From Octopus vulgaris (taxonomy: Eukaryota), in contig OX597814.1 in assembly GCA_951406725.2 (NCBI GenBank), positions 93,682,001-93,746,000 of the forward strand: a stretch of 64,000 bases of DNA, given 5' to 3'. Numbering within the stretch: position 1 is the stretch's first letter; every line of letters starts with the position of its first letter. Positions 1 through 16,330 of the stretch are shown here, piece after piece. A model generated the notes under the pieces. That model saw only the letters and a list, made by a program, of their open reading frames with translations, searched no databases and was not told the DNA's origin. A program made the translations under genes and the position numbers.

Positions 1-100
1 CAAATAGCATAACTGAACTAAATTGTTGCTGATCACTATCAGCAAATGAATATAATGCGTGTGTATATGTGTATATATATATATACATATATATATATAC

Positions 101-146
<46 letters not shown>

Positions 147-150
147 TATA

Positions 151-206
<56 letters not shown>

Positions 207-368
207 AATCAAGGAACGGCCATAATAGGCCATTTACCCACTAGAAATAACAACCAAAAGCTTCAACCGCAAAATAACATCAATTCCGTAAACCAGGAGA
301 AAATTAAAAAACATTTACCCTGTAATATATATATATATATATATATTACATATATATATATATATATT

Positions 369-417
<49 letters not shown>

Positions 418-983
418 GTACACGCACACAGACGGACATATACGCGCGCACATACACACGCATGCATTCATGCGCACATGCATGCATAGATACATACATA
501 ATGAGAAAGGGATCACATGAAAAAGGGTCAGGGGAGAAAATAAGATAAAGAATGTTCCGGGGTTGTGAGTCAGCCAACATAAGGAATGAAGCCAAAAGCG
601 ATATCAACATAAGTGCAAAGATAAACATGAGTAAATGTGACTAGGTCACAACCTTATTTGTATAGGTCTCCAAAGTTCATTTCGTATATGCACCAATCGG
701 ACTAACTCATACTTGTGCGCATACAGATATGCATATGTATGTACAACCTCCCGTATGTGATTGTGAATACATAACGCACACATAACCGTGTGCATGCACT
801 CACACACACACACATATGTATATGCATATATGTATGAATATATATATACATATATATGAATATATATAAATACATACATATGCATTATGTATACATATAT
901 GCTTGTATGTATGTATATGTATGTATGTATGTATCTATCTATCTACCTATCTATCTATTTATCTATCTATCTATATATACATT

Positions 984-1020
<37 letters not shown>

Positions 1021-1444
1021 CAGACACACGCATACACACATGCACATAATTATTGTACGTTACATACTATATTGGTAAATGTTACGCTAATCTCAACTAA
1101 CTTGGGTTTCAGTGCAATGCATCAACGGTCGTCAGTTGTATTAATGGTTTGAAATTGGTGACCAAACCTTCTGACTGCTGGGACAATTGACTATAATCCA
1201 AATGAGTAGAAAACTGCTGAATGCCTGTCTCATGGCTTCAGCCATTTAAAAAATTTTCTTTTACTAAACAGATACTATAATTAAATATCAATAATTTCTA
1301 AATACAATGAATACTTTTGTTGCAGACCCAAACAAAAACAGAAGAATATACAATATCCATATGTATGCGTGTGTGTGTGTATGATATATATATGTATATG
1401 TGCGTATGTATATGTTTGAAATGGTGTACCCTTATGTATATAAC

Positions 1445-1538
<94 letters not shown>

Positions 1539-1607
1539 TATGGACCTTGCTGCAGTATGCTTTAGAGTGTGCTTCTTTTCCGGATATATGATAATTTGGC
1601 GATGTAT

Positions 1608-1672
<65 letters not shown>

Positions 1673-1783
1673 CAAAGCAATTAAGATTCAAGTAACTTCC
1701 AATGAATTTACTTGAATGTGGTACTTAACTTAGATGCACCAGAAAAACTATATGGTGTTATCCATACAGTAATGTGGGGTGAT

Positions 1784-2164
1784 TATAAACGAGAAAGAAG
1801 CAACAAGAATGGATTGGTTTTTAGGACAATTGTTTCATAAAAAGACAGGCTTTATTACAAGTTGCAAAAATTGCAGCAGATAAAAGTGTCCCGTACTCAT
1901 CAGCTAAAATACATTTGAGTTCTCTAGACATCTTAGTGGGTGAGGTTATACTCATGAGATATTGGATCTGCCTCTAATGGAACCAATATCTCATGAGTAT
2001 AACCTCACCCACTAAGATGTCTAGAGAACTCAAATGTATTTTAGCTGATGAGTACGGGACACTTTTATCTGCTGCAATTTTTGCAACTTGTAATAAAGCC
2101 TGTCTTTGTATGAATCAATTGTACTAAAAACCAATCCATTCTTGTTGCTTCTTTCTCGTTTATA
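1784..2164. repeat. Long inverted repeat (arms about 182 bp, 17-nt spacer)
   Basis: 1784-1965 is the reverse complement of 1983-2164, with about 3 mismatches, all in the outer part. Confidence 0.95.
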
Positions 2165-2189
2165 TATATATATATATATACATATACTT

Positions 2190-2243
<54 letters not shown>

Positions 2244-2514
2244 GTATATTTAAATATATACATATATATATATATCACTTTAAAAGACCACGCAGCATGG
2301 AATTTTGTCAGTGAACAGGTCGCGGTCTCAAAGCGACGAAAATATTTTGACAAATTAAATCTAAATGTTGAAGTGAATTTAATGGATTTTATGTGTTTCT
2401 TAAATGGCTTGTAAACACCTTCCACACTAATATAAGATAAGAAAATGGAGAAATACATCTAAATCAAATATCAATTACCAGATAATACTCAATCACATAC
2501 TTTATTAAACCACC

Positions 2515-2565
<51 letters not shown>

Positions 2566-2994
2566 TCATACACAGTCATATCCTTGCACACAATTACACA
2601 TGGAAGCATGTAGATATACATATATGCTTCTTTTTCAAAGAAGCATCATTTCACAAAATATTTCAGACGGTAGTGTGAGGTTTGATGGATAATTGGTTAC
2701 TCTTTCTAGCATTTTGAGTGACTCTGCAGAAAGTTTCTTCCACATAAATTGTTTTCACTGCAATCGGCATTATGCTGTAAAAATCCGTGCACACACATTT
2801 ATATAATGAATGATATACTGGTTGTAGGTTTATACGTGTAGCAGTGTGTGTTGAGTGAACACAAAGTTACAGATGTATTTATTTGAAAATAATTATGTAG
2901 GTCAATAACCGTGTTTATGCATATCTCTGTGAGTCTTACCGTGCGTTTCTGTCTATCTGTTTGCACCTGAAGGTGCGTGCTTGTGTGTCTCTGT

Positions 2995-3417
2995 TTTCAG
3001 CTCTCTTCCTTCAAAACATTACATTACCGATGAAGTGTTATCGTTGCGCATAGCATTTGAAAGAGATCGGGAGAGGTGGAAATCCGTTGGTGCCAAACCA
3101 GGAGAGTACGGTGGGTGTGGCAGCATTTCCCAGTCATGCGTTTGAATGGCTTCCTTGGTCATATTGGCGATATGAGAGCGGGCGTTGTCGTGCAGCAGAA
3201 GAACTCCATGCTGCCGAGTATGTGTTTTCTCTTGAATACCGTGTTGAGTCGTTCCAGCTGTTGAACATAGAGTTCTGCGTTGACCGTTTGATTCCGTTCA
3301 AGCAATTCGTAATGGATAATCTCTTCACAGTCCCACCATACGCACAACATCGTTTTACGCGGATGAAGATCTTATTTCTCGTGCGGTGTCGCTTGTTTAC
3401 CGGGGCTAAGCCATTCC
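2995..3417 (-). mobile_element. mariner (Tc1/mariner) transposase fragment, frameshifted
   Basis: The minus strand gives [33 protein letters not shown] and [15 protein letters not shown], which are the mariner DDD-domain motifs. Confidence 0.9.
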
Positions 3418-3422
3418 TTAAG

Positions 3423-3488
<66 letters not shown>

Positions 3489-3753
3489 CTATATATATGT
3501 ATATATAAAGTATATATATTTATATATATGATACATACTATATATATATATATATATGATACATACTATATATATATATGGTATATACATATATACATAT
3601 GTATTATATATGTATATATATATATAAAAATATATATATATATATATATGTATGTATATATATATATAAGAAAGCACCAAAAAACACAACAACGCGAGGA
3701 CGTGGAACAAAAATAGTATTATTGGACGCTCAGGAAAGAAAGAAAGAAGGAGG

Positions 3754-3788
3754 GTTTAACGTTTCGAGCGGAGCTCTTCGTCGGAAAC
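3754..3788 (-). ncRNA. Minimal type-I hammerhead ribozyme-like motif (CCGACGA core) in a short module between (TA)n tracts
   Basis: Minus strand GTTT-CCGACGA-A-GAGC-TCC-GCTC-GAAA-CG-TT-AAAC. Stems I and II pair; stem III is the palindrome ACGT. Confidence 0.7.
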
Positions 3789-5765
3789 ATAGGAGAAGGA
3801 AAGATCCAGAGAAGGGAAGACAGAGGAAAAAAAATCGCCAAAGGTACACACGTGGTCGCATTTTGAATAACCGGAAAATATATATATATATATATATGCA
3901 TATATACACATATATATATAGGTGATATATTTGGTGTTGTTCTCACTCCAACTTCTGTCAAGTTAGCACTAACCCGGGTGACGTCTCCCATCTTCTATAT
4001 TGAGGAAACTTCTGCTGCCTTTACAGCCAGATATTTGGCCTTTTGCTTACTTGTTGCCGAAATGCAACGTATGTATACACCACAGACACACACATTTGCA
4101 CACAAATACGCTCATCCACGCACACCCACACACGCACGCACTCACCCACACACAGTTGTATTGAAATAGAAAGTGTGTCTCGCGACACAAGTTTCACGCA
4201 CATACGATCTTAAAGCAAGAACTGATATAACTTTCTACTTTTAATATGTCCTTTGGTTTGTGTGGCTAAGTTCTAGTGCCTTTGTTTGTCTAGTGTTTGT
4301 CGCTGCATGCTGATTGATTTTTGTTATTCGTCGCCTCTTCATATGTTTTTTACGTAAGTTTTTGTGATATGTTTCGTAATTGTTGGTGAGCATGTAGTCT
4401 AGTGCTTGCGCTAGTTTATCGTTTTGCATTTCGTGTTTATTGGTTAGGTGCTCTATTTTTCGTGAGTTGGTGAAAGGGTATTCTTGTTTTGCATGTATGT
4501 TTTAGAAGTATGTCTGAAACAAAATTACACACTTTTCACAGTCACAGAAAAGAGAAAACATGTCCCAAGACTAACTTACGAACAAATCATAGACAAGTTA
4601 ATACATAGGCCTTCCAACAATTACAAGAAATACAAACAAAAATGCATCACAAAAACAACCAGTGAAGAGTTAAGAAATGCTAAACCTACACTAAGGAACA
4701 AACACAACTGCTAGACTGCACACACACCAAAGAATAAAACATCACTAGTTACGAATTGTAACTGTTCCCATCTCAAGATCGCAACCGCGTGAAAATCAAG
4801 TCACGAGATATATTTACCATTTCAATACCACCATATCCTTACAAGGTGTAGTGGTCATTCTGCTCTCATTTGTCCAATATAAATCAATGTACGCGTCTCA
4901 CTTCCCATTCTTTTATTTAACACTATATATATTAAATTCTATAAGTATTCATTCTACATTTCCTCACTTTTTATTTTCATAATAGGTCCAGTATTATCCA
5001 ATTCCACTGAATATTTGGAATACCGTACTGACCTTGGTGATACAGCAAAATTAATACAATATACATCAATTCATTTACCATTGCACTTATACAATATTTG
5101 CTATTGTTCCTTCTTCATAACAATTCTCCCTTCTTACAGCGATATGCGCCTTTCCAGATGTTTCTCAAACCTTTTAATCCCAAAGTATAATTTCTTTTTT
5201 ACTTCCTCACTTCCTGTTTTATATCTTATTACAGTCTCTTTATAATAATTTATGTAGAATTATGTTAATTAGTGTTCTTGCATATCTATGACGATATTAG
5301 TGCACCTCCATGTAATTACATAACTATATACCCGATTGCGTAAGTAATGACTTGCACGCGCTCCTGTCGGACCTTTATTGCATTAATACTTGCTTTCTGT
5401 CATAGAGTTGTATACTCGTGTGATGACACGCGCGCACGCACACGCACACACACACAGAGAAGCACTCACAGTCACACGTAAACATACTCACACAGACATA
5501 TGTACTCGTTTGATAATAGACGTATAATCATTGTCATATGTATATATATATGTGTGAGTCTGTGTGCGTGTGTGTGTATGTGTGTGTGTTTATTTCTTTT
5601 TATATGATTCCATATATGTCTGTTCAGACATTCCGAGTAGGAGGATCGGGTGCGTTCACAATTTACCTAAGAATCTTCGTTCGTTGATAAGTGCTTCAGT
5701 TGTATGTGCATTTGTATATATGTATATATGTATATAAAATATATATATATATATATATACATATA

Positions 5766-5823
<58 letters not shown>

Positions 5824-5935
5824 TACATATATACGTATATATATATATATACATATGTATATATGCATACATATATGTATATATATACATGCATATATAT
5901 ACATATATATATACATATGAATTTATATATATCTA

Positions 5936-6017
<82 letters not shown>

Positions 6018-6299
6018 AATACTTATATATATGGATACTAGTATATGTATGTGTTCGTGTGTGTATATCTTTCTATTCTCAGTTTCAAAGTCACACATAT
6101 ATACACATACACGGACAGTCATGCATAAAAATTCCTTAATATACACATGGAACTGTTGAAACAATAAGTCCGTAAGTCGGTCTATGCATCTCATCTCATG
6201 AATTATTTAATTATTTGTACTCGATTTTTTTTTATATTAAAAGACTTGATAGATTGATTTACTTATATTTGATTTTGAGCTAGCACAAATATATATATG

Positions 6300-6373
<74 letters not shown>

Positions 6374-7694
6374 CACACACACTCGCACTCATACACACAC
6401 ATATATATATATGAATTTATTTACTTGCATTGGAATATTTTTTATATGAGGCCTACCTATATTTTGGCCTTCATATTGTATAATATTATCACAGTAACCT
6501 TCTATATGTTTATTTAGGTATATGCATTCTGATATGTAACGACGAGCTTACCCGTTTGGGGAAGTATGAGCGTATGTATATCTAAATATGCACATACCGT
6601 TTGCAAGTTTATATTCGTCTATGTCTGATTGTATGTTTGAGACACGCCATGATAATCGTATTCTGTGGCCTTTTTATCACCACTTTCATTAATGTTACAC
6701 TGTTAAATTATATATTATATCCCGATACGTCATATTTCTGCCATTATTAATATAAATCAAATGATGTATTACATTTTATTATACAATATTGTATCAAATT
6801 ATATTTTCTTTACGTAATTTTACACTTCTGTATAACACTTTGCATTACTTTAATTCACCTTGCATGCGTTTTTCTTTTCATAGACAGAAACCATACCTAC
6901 AAATAATACCCACTCCCAATAGCAACTATCTATATTTATTACGAATAATCAACCTTCGGAGGTTAACTTCGAAACCAAAATTTATATATAAGCGCATGTT
7001 CCTACGCAAATTTACCTAACTATACTGAAAATTAATGTCAAAAATACCAAACTATCAAAACCAATTATAAATTTTTTATACCACGAAAGCCCTATCGGAT
7101 AAGAACCAGGAAATAAGATAAATACATGTAATACTTTAATTAGATTATTATAAAATAAATCACAGTCAAAGTTGTAATGTTAACTGAACGAACCTTAAAA
7201 ATGGTAAAATTTCAAATAAGCTATTATGATTAATCTCCCGGCTTCACTTTTCATTTTACGTCATTTCACAGTAACAGATATAAAATATTGCTATATCAAT
7301 GACAATTCGGAAGAATACAAATATTCATTGATTCTTACTGTAAAATTAATACAATATAATCTACTGCAACAATTCATTGGCATTAAGAATTCACCAACCC
7401 ACAAATGCTACTCATGCCATTATTCCGCCTACATTCTTTTACATGTCTTGCTTGTACTTCTTTATTCGTCTCATCAAACACACAGACAAACACTCACGAA
7501 CGAACTCTCTCACACACACATACATACATATACTCCCCCCCACACACACACACAAACACATACCAACACACTATTGATATCCATTTATTTCAAAGCATTT
7601 TTAACGTTTAATCAATTGCCCTCTTCGCCTCATGCTCACCTGTGAAATTAGTGTATATAACACAACTTACCTCAGTTACCTGTCCTCTTCTTCC

Positions 7695-7950
<256 letters not shown>

Positions 7951-8793
7951 TATAAACTGTACGTTTAATGTTTAATCTGCCACTAATCGAAACTTCGAAG
8001 TTGCAGTTACTCTGTTTCTTGAAATGCTTCCCTGCACGTATCCAATCTTCGGTTGGTGCTTATTGCTTTTAGCTATTAAGAAAACGGTGTTTCACACACT
8101 GATCACCTGTAACTGAAATTAAGTTAAGTTTCAACCATGTTGCACATGTTCAAAAACTCAAAACGAAGAAACGATGTCTTACATTCCTTCAAGATATAGG
8201 ATTTGAAATATAACAATTAAGTATAGACATAAACATTTTATCTCAATTAAAGTCATGCTTTGAAACTAAATAACTATACAACATCTGGACTGCCAAACTT
8301 CAATTTTTTTCTATTAAAGAGCAAAACCTTAATATATCTAATAAAGATCTTTTTTATGCTGCTAATATAAAATTTTTAAATAGTATAAACAAACTCATCT
8401 AATCTAATATTAATACAGTTTTGCAATATGTTTGGCATTCTCTAAAACTAATTTAGCAACCCACACATAAACGATAACCCCAAAGACTATTCATTTACAA
8501 TTTAATATCGCAAACACTGTTTAGGCATATCTTAACTTTTACGTTCCATTGACCACCCCTAACTCTCACATAGTGAAGCTACGTGCTCCTTGTAGCGCCA
8601 GCTTTTACCTTGTCTCTCGGCTTTTCTATACGCTACGTACCTAAGTGAATCCTCCTATATCCTTTTAGCGCTTGACCCAACTTGTACCAAGCTTCAATTT
8701 AATTGTGGCCCCTTCCTTGTGTTTATTAATGTATACTCACTTTGAATATCTTTCATGATATACATTCTTGCATATTCTTTTTAACTACACCTT

Positions 8794-8860
<67 letters not shown>

Positions 8861-9998
8861 ATATATTTATATTTATATTTATGTATGTTTATATATATTT
8901 ACGTGTACCGGTGGATCTTTGCATCTATGTAGCATTTATGTCAGATACAGGCATATTCCCTTTGCATGTACATGTATGCATATTTAAGCATATTGTACTA
9001 TTTTGTTTTCATTTTTGTATTGTTTTAAATGACCAACAATCCATCCTAAAATCAGTAGAATCCTATACCAAGCTAAAATAACCTTGCCATATCCTGCACT
9101 GCTCGAAGTCATGTGTTTCTGTCTTAAATTTGTGATTCCTCACATGCAGCTCTTTATTTATACTTCATCCATTTACGTGCAATTTTACATACACATTTTC
9201 ACATATCCTTTCACTAACGCCTTTTACATATATTTATGTATGGTTACATTTATTACATGTACTTATAGATCTTTGATTTTCAGTAACATTTATGTCATAT
9301 ATTGACATATTAATTTGCATGTCTTTTATCTATATTTAGACATATTGTATTATTTATAATTTTACTTGTTTAACTCTTTATTTCTTTGGTTACATTTTTT
9401 CATTTTTGAAGGTTCCATTTTCCTTTCTATATAAACATTTTGTTCTTTATATTTAAATGTACCATAAAGTTACACGTAGATTACCGGCACACAACTGGGT
9501 TATTTTAGATGTACTCAAATAAAATTCTTTATTTGTTATATCATTTCTTTTGCTCCGTCCGATTTTCGCATTAACATCACTTAATCATCAGTGACATTTG
9601 TTTATGCCTCGCATAAATGATATATGGCGAATGCTGGTAGCTCGGCGTATGAATACAGTATTCTATATGAAAACAAGCAAGTCTTGGTGTCAGAAGAACG
9701 ATTCAACGTTAGATAACCACTACAAAAAGGTTCAGCCAAATTATGCAAGTATGGAAAAAGTAGAGATAAAAACGATGATGAAGTTGTTGATATTTATATA
9801 TATCATCATAATCTTGTATATATAAGCAATTTTATATACTTATATATTTGCATATGTATATATGTATGCATGCATGTATGTATATATATATGTATATGTA
9901 TGTATATATATATACATATATATTTATATACATATACATATATATTTATATATATATATATATATATACATATGTATGTATATATATGTACGTATATC

Positions 9999-10085
<87 letters not shown>

Positions 10086-10874
10086 ATTAATATTGATATT
10101 CCATAAAAATCTTCGTTATGACTTTATTTCAAATTTGCTAGCCTTGTACCAAATTTTGAACTCTTTATTAGCCATACTTCTAAAAACTTAATAATCTTCT
10201 CACATAATATTCATTATTTCGCATAACTATTAACTTACCCCTTCTTTAAATAACCTTCTTGGTCTTTCGCCCTAATTTGTCTTTTCTGAAACCACAATGA
10301 ACTACATTAAGCTTGCTTTTCTCATTTCTGATTTAAAGTATACATATAGTGGTCTTCTGGATAACTATATTTAAACTATTTATCATCACCCATTTTAAAA
10401 CTTACTTCTGATTATAAGATTATGCCAAAACTTCGGACATTTCGTCATTCAAACGTAATCTGATAAGTATTAATACATAATACATCAGTATAAGTTATCA
10501 TTACTCTTATCAATCAATAAAACTCGGTTACTACTTTTTATGTGTAAATCTATAATAAATATATTTGCCCTAAAATTGTTTCCTGATAAATAATTTAATT
10601 GTTTCGTTTCCACACCTGAATCCACCATTTCCCCAACGATTCAGTCCCCATTCTATATCTTTCAGTCAACACATATTTAAACAATAGTGTACGAGGTTAT
10701 GTTCCAAGGATATGTTACTTTTAAAATGTGAAAAAGATTATTTCATGTACTTTCATGTGAGTGTGTGTATGTGTGTGTGTGTGCGTGCGTCCGTGTGCGC
10801 GCTCGCGCACACACGCATCTATTATTGAATACAGTCTGCAGTAGTTCTTTTTATCCGCTCCGATGTCCTGTTAT

Positions 10875-10945
<71 letters not shown>

Positions 10946-10958
10946 TAATAGTAGCTGC

Positions 10959-11004
<46 letters not shown>

Positions 11005-11039
11005 ATAATAATTTCCTTTATTATTTCCTTTATTGGTCA

Positions 11040-12120
11040 CAAGGATCAAAATCTTTAAGGAGAATCTAAAAAAAGGACGAGAAAACATGCAAACAAACAG
11101 GTGGGACCTACAATGATCAAAGGTCGACACCACAGCAATGAGGATATATGAAGAAGATATAAGAATAGAATTTAGTAAAATAATAGAGGGCTCATCCAAC
11201 TAGAGTAATTCAGAAAAAACTCCACGCAAAAATTCCGGATTACACTGCTATCTCAAGGCATACAAAGAGTCATAGTCCAATATCTTTCTTCCTACTTAGA
11301 AAAGCATATTCAGAGTAGATCCCATTTACCCTCACAGATAAGCTTCTCTCATGCACCTTTCAGTATACACACTAGAAATCAGCATCTTCCTCTGTACTTT
11401 CACCTTCCTCTTTAAATCATATTTGAAGAAGTTGACGAGGGTTTGGGCATATAGGAAAGCACTTGTCTTCAAACTTTTCAGACAGGTTCACCACATAACC
11501 CCTTTCACCACCACTACTAAGCAGAGAATGGTTCCTTCTCTGTCAAAGTAAGGTGGTGTCTCGATCTTCCCTAAACAAGCGGCGAACAGCTAGATTTGTC
11601 TTACACGGGACAGCAGCTGCTCAACATAAACCGACAAGTCATTAATGCACAGAAACTGAACGATCGTGTTCAGGGTGGTTTCGTCCTTCTACATGCATCT
11701 CCGGTAGATTCGGCTGTTCGAGCTTGCATGCCTGCAAAACTTGTTTCAAGCAGGTAATATCTCACCGCACTGTGCGCTCTGCCATGTCAAGGAGCTTTAG
11801 AATTTGTCCATGATCTTCGACCTGGAAGTCCTCCAAAGAGACCACTTAGAATGCTCTCATCGTTAACCAGGGTCAATCCCAGGCCATCATCACTCTGCAA
11901 ATTCTCTATAGAATTTTTCCACTGCCAGTTCTGTCCAGTTTGGACAATGTTTACAATGTTTACAATGTTGCAAGCGTCATTCTACATGCCGCTTGTCCAG
12001 TCTTGGTCTCCGCTTGATTCATAACTATTGCTCACTCAAGGAAATGATTTGCGGAAAGATGTGATTTTCGAAGGGTTCCCACATCAGTTTGTCCTTGTTT
12101 TTGTTCTCGTTGACACCCTC
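11040..12120 (-). mobile_element. Tx1/L1-like LINE 3' fragment, decayed
   Basis: The reverse complement of 11390-11510 aligns by eye with 29110-29235 (...TCAACTTCTTCAA.TAT.A.TTAAAGAGGAAGGTGA), the ORF2 C-terminus of the Tx1-like element. Confidence 0.7.
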
Positions 12121-12799
12121 GCAATAATTTAGATATTTCTGCTGCTCAAGTTCACATAGGTGAATTCGGGAAGTCAAGGCGAAGCATGCCAAGACAGTTG
12201 GAAATAACTGAGGAGGTTTGCAAGACGTTCGCTTCTCACTCTACTATTAGCTACTTCTTCATAATTTTTACTTGTATCCAAGACCCCATTGCATTCGCCT
12301 ACTGACATTACTCAGCAAGATATTCTTAGGAAAGTCTCTAGATGTCTAAAGAAATCCAGCCGCTTAGATCCTGTGGGAGAATAGAAAGTCACTGTTACCG
12401 TCCATTATTACCGTCCTTGCTGCTCATGCGGAAAAGCACCAGCTTGCGCCTAGGAAAACTGTACTTACCTTTACGTCTAGACCTTCCCGAAAGAGTAATA
12501 TCCTGACACTTGTTTCAGGCTGTGCAGAGGAGAATAGAGTTCGTAGTCATCTAGAGTAGCAAGCGTTTACCTTTCACAAATCGTCGTCTCGCTAATGGTT
12601 GCTGCATCCAGACGAGTGATTTGAGGTCAATGAGTAGTAATTTTGTTTCTGCGCTTCCCCCAGGCCACCAGCACTTATACAACCTAATCTTAGAAATACC
12701 ATTGCACGAGGAGAGAAAGTATCAAAAGAGGAGTCAGTCATGGGCCTTCCAAGATATTATGATAAAGTTTTGAAAACTCCTCCTTCATCTGGGGGGAAC

Positions 12800-13110
12800 G
12801 TTCCATCAAAATGCGATAATTTGTGTGAGTTGGTCTTACCAGAAACCTCTAATAGTAATAGTTGCTCACAGATATGTCAAACCCAGCAGAAAGTTAAATA
12901 AATATAAGGACCTTGAAATAGAGGTTTGAAATATTTGACATCTAAGAACAACAACTATACATAAGACTGTAGCTTTGAAGATAATACCAATTGGCACTCT
13001 TAAACATTAAGGCAAAAATACCAAGAAACCCCTTAAGAATCAGAATTACAAAATAACGTTTTCATCCTCAGATAATCACAGTCAAACTGAGAATATCTGT
13101 ATCTTTGAGA
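12800..13110 (+). mobile_element. Highly decayed R4/Dong-like LINE 3' end
   Basis: AAATATAAGGACCTTGAAATAGAGGTT (KYKDLEIEV) matches the endonuclease region of the 38.5-kb copy. Confidence 0.6.
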
Positions 13111-13501
13111 TTCTTTAAAAATTGTAAATATTACAACAACCTTTTAACAGAACCTTAATGCTCAGTATTTGATCATCCTACCTTGAAATATATCATTGCT
13201 AACTATAAATAACACCAACAGTAAAATGTCCGACTTGCTGTTACATGAGGGCTTTGGGTGAGACTTGAAAAAGCTCTTATAAACCAAAACAACAGCAACA
13301 ACGAACATAAAAATTGGAATGAGAATCATCGTTCTGACCATAACCATGCATAATGGCAATTGGTGGGTGAGATATCATCCATTCACGGTAGTGTAAACTA
13401 CAAGAATGATATTTATTCTATTGCATCATCGTTATAACTAGTGGCCATTCTTGTTAAGATGAGGAATATGATCAGATTTCCATGAGTCCTGTTGTTGTTG
13501 C

Positions 13502-13571
<70 letters not shown>

Positions 13572-13595
13572 ATTATTATTATTATTATTAATATT

Positions 13596-14179
<584 letters not shown>

Positions 14180-14327
14180 ATTGTAATTATAATCACTATT
14201 AATCATTACTGCTGCGGTGATTGCGTCTGCATGAGTGTCTATACATATCTGCTAAAATACATATATGTCAGTAAATATAATCGTATATGCATATATATGT
14301 ATGTATACACACACACTCGCACACACC

Positions 14328-14365
<38 letters not shown>

Positions 14366-14449
14366 TATATACATAAATAATAAAGGTGGCTTATTTGCAA
14401 TTCACAAGTTAAAGGCAGAAGTATAGGCGTCACTAAAGGGACTACTATT

Positions 14450-14491
14450 TTAGCCACAATAAAGCACTTTAAAGTGCTTTATCGTGGCTAA
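14450..14491. repeat. 42-bp near-perfect palindrome
   Basis: TTAGCCACAATAAAGCACTTT|AAAGTGCTTTATCGTGGCTAA, with one mismatch. Confidence 0.9.
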
Positions 14492-15556
14492 GAGTTGTTT
14501 TGACTCTTATTTATAGCAATACTGATGCTAACCAGTACCCTCAGTCATGTATGTATATATATATATATACGCTTGTATGTGTGTGTATGCATATAATTAT
14601 ATATAATTGTATATATATTTCAATACGATGAAGACGATGTGTATAATTATTTTCGTCATCGCTGCATATTTAGCCTCATCTATTCCAACTGACATGGTCC
14701 TTGAATGGTACATTTTGAGGTACTAATCTCTAACGAAATAGTACCCCTGACTGCAAACCTTACCGGTTTCAAGAAAAAAAATACTGTGTTTTCACGACTA
14801 ACTGCCAAAATCTGTGATATATTCTTCACGCCGGACATAAACAAACGTCAGAGCTGAACAAGTGATATTAATTCGAGAATCGCAGTAAAACAAACGCACA
14901 CACACAGTTATGTATAGATATGACTGGCTTCCGCACTATTTCCAAAAGCAAGGTTCACTCACATAGTATAAATCAATTCTAGATTACATCAGAAGACACT
15001 TGCCAAATATGAAAGGCTTCTGTTACAAGATGCATTGATCAAGCCTTCACATGTATCCTAGCCTATCCTGAGGCGGCGTTTGGCCGTTTATGCGTGATAG
15101 CAATCGGGGTAAGAGTTTAGCATGATTAGAGCTGATATAGAAATGGCACGACTTGTCGTTTGATGTCCTAGCATCTCTCCCATCCGCTACCTTAACGATC
15201 CGAAAAGATGAAAGGTAAAGCACAATTAGGAAAGTATTGAACTCAGAGTGCAGAGCTTTAACAAATGTCGCAAGGAATTCTACCTAATGCTTTAACGACT
15301 CTATCAATTGCACTCACACACGCACAAACGCACAGACACATACACACACATATATAAATTATGAGTTAGAGGTTATGCAACCATCTAAGGGATAAATGTA
15401 TCCATAGGCACTACTAGTGTATTGCCTCACTATGTATAGGCCTTGCTATAAGGTTAATGTTAGTTGGTTATCTAAATGGTAAAACGTGGTTTAATATATT
15501 CAGATAAGAAAAGAAATGGAGCAACAATTAACAATTAGAAGTTGATCATTGGTATT

Positions 15557-16330
15557 AAAAGGTCATAGTTTAATTGTAGTTAAAAAATACATTTACAGCT
15601 GTCTCAGTTTGTTATTTTTGAAACAAATTTTCATGTCTCTTGTTCCATTTAACAAACATCGTCCGAATGATTTAGAGTTTATCGTCGGAATATAGACAGG
15701 AGAAAAAGGGAAAGGAAAAGAAAAGGAAAAAACGAAAATAGAAAAAAGGTTGTTAAGTCTTTAGGCTTATATATTTGTATCCTTTAAGCTTCCACGTGTG
15801 TGTACATTTTTTCAATTAGTTGAATGGAGCCAGAACTGGGGAAAATGACTAGTTGATCGGCAGTGTTAGTCAAAACAGTTATGCCTTGTAGTAATATCCG
15901 GTGTCGTTAATTGTAAACGCTCTTTGAGAACGCCAGATTAGTCCCTGTGATTACAAATTTATGCCCTTGTTAAAAATTAATGATGTTCTTAAAAGTTTAA
16001 TTACGATATACGGTATAAATAAATAAATAAATAAATAAAAATGTTGTTATGTGCGGCGCGAGCAATCTCCTAGTTAATATAATTAAAACCAATACAGTCG
16101 GCTAGAATAGGCTAAATTGCTCGTTTAATCGTGTTTATGTTAGTGGCAGCCCTATCAATTAGTATGTTAGTCCGTGATCTAACTTTAATGTGTACATTGT
16201 ACATTTAAGAGAAATAAATCATTCTGACGATATTTGTTAAATGGAACGAGATATATGCGAATGTACTTAAAAAATAACTAAGTGAAACAGTTGTAAATTT
16301 TTTTAACTACAATTAAACTATCAGCCTTTG
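15557..16330. mobile_element. Inverted pair of hammerhead-containing Penelope-like terminal repeats
   Basis: 15557-15669 is a diverged reverse complement of 16220-16330. Each arm carries a hammerhead-like motif. Confidence 0.65.
16220..16299 (+). ncRNA. Hammerhead ribozyme-like motif with a long stem II loop
   Basis: CATT-CTGACGA-TATTTGTTA-(loop)-TAACTAAGT-GAAA-CAGTTG-TA-AATT. Canonical CUGANGA and GAAA boxes; stems partly degenerate. Confidence 0.6.
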
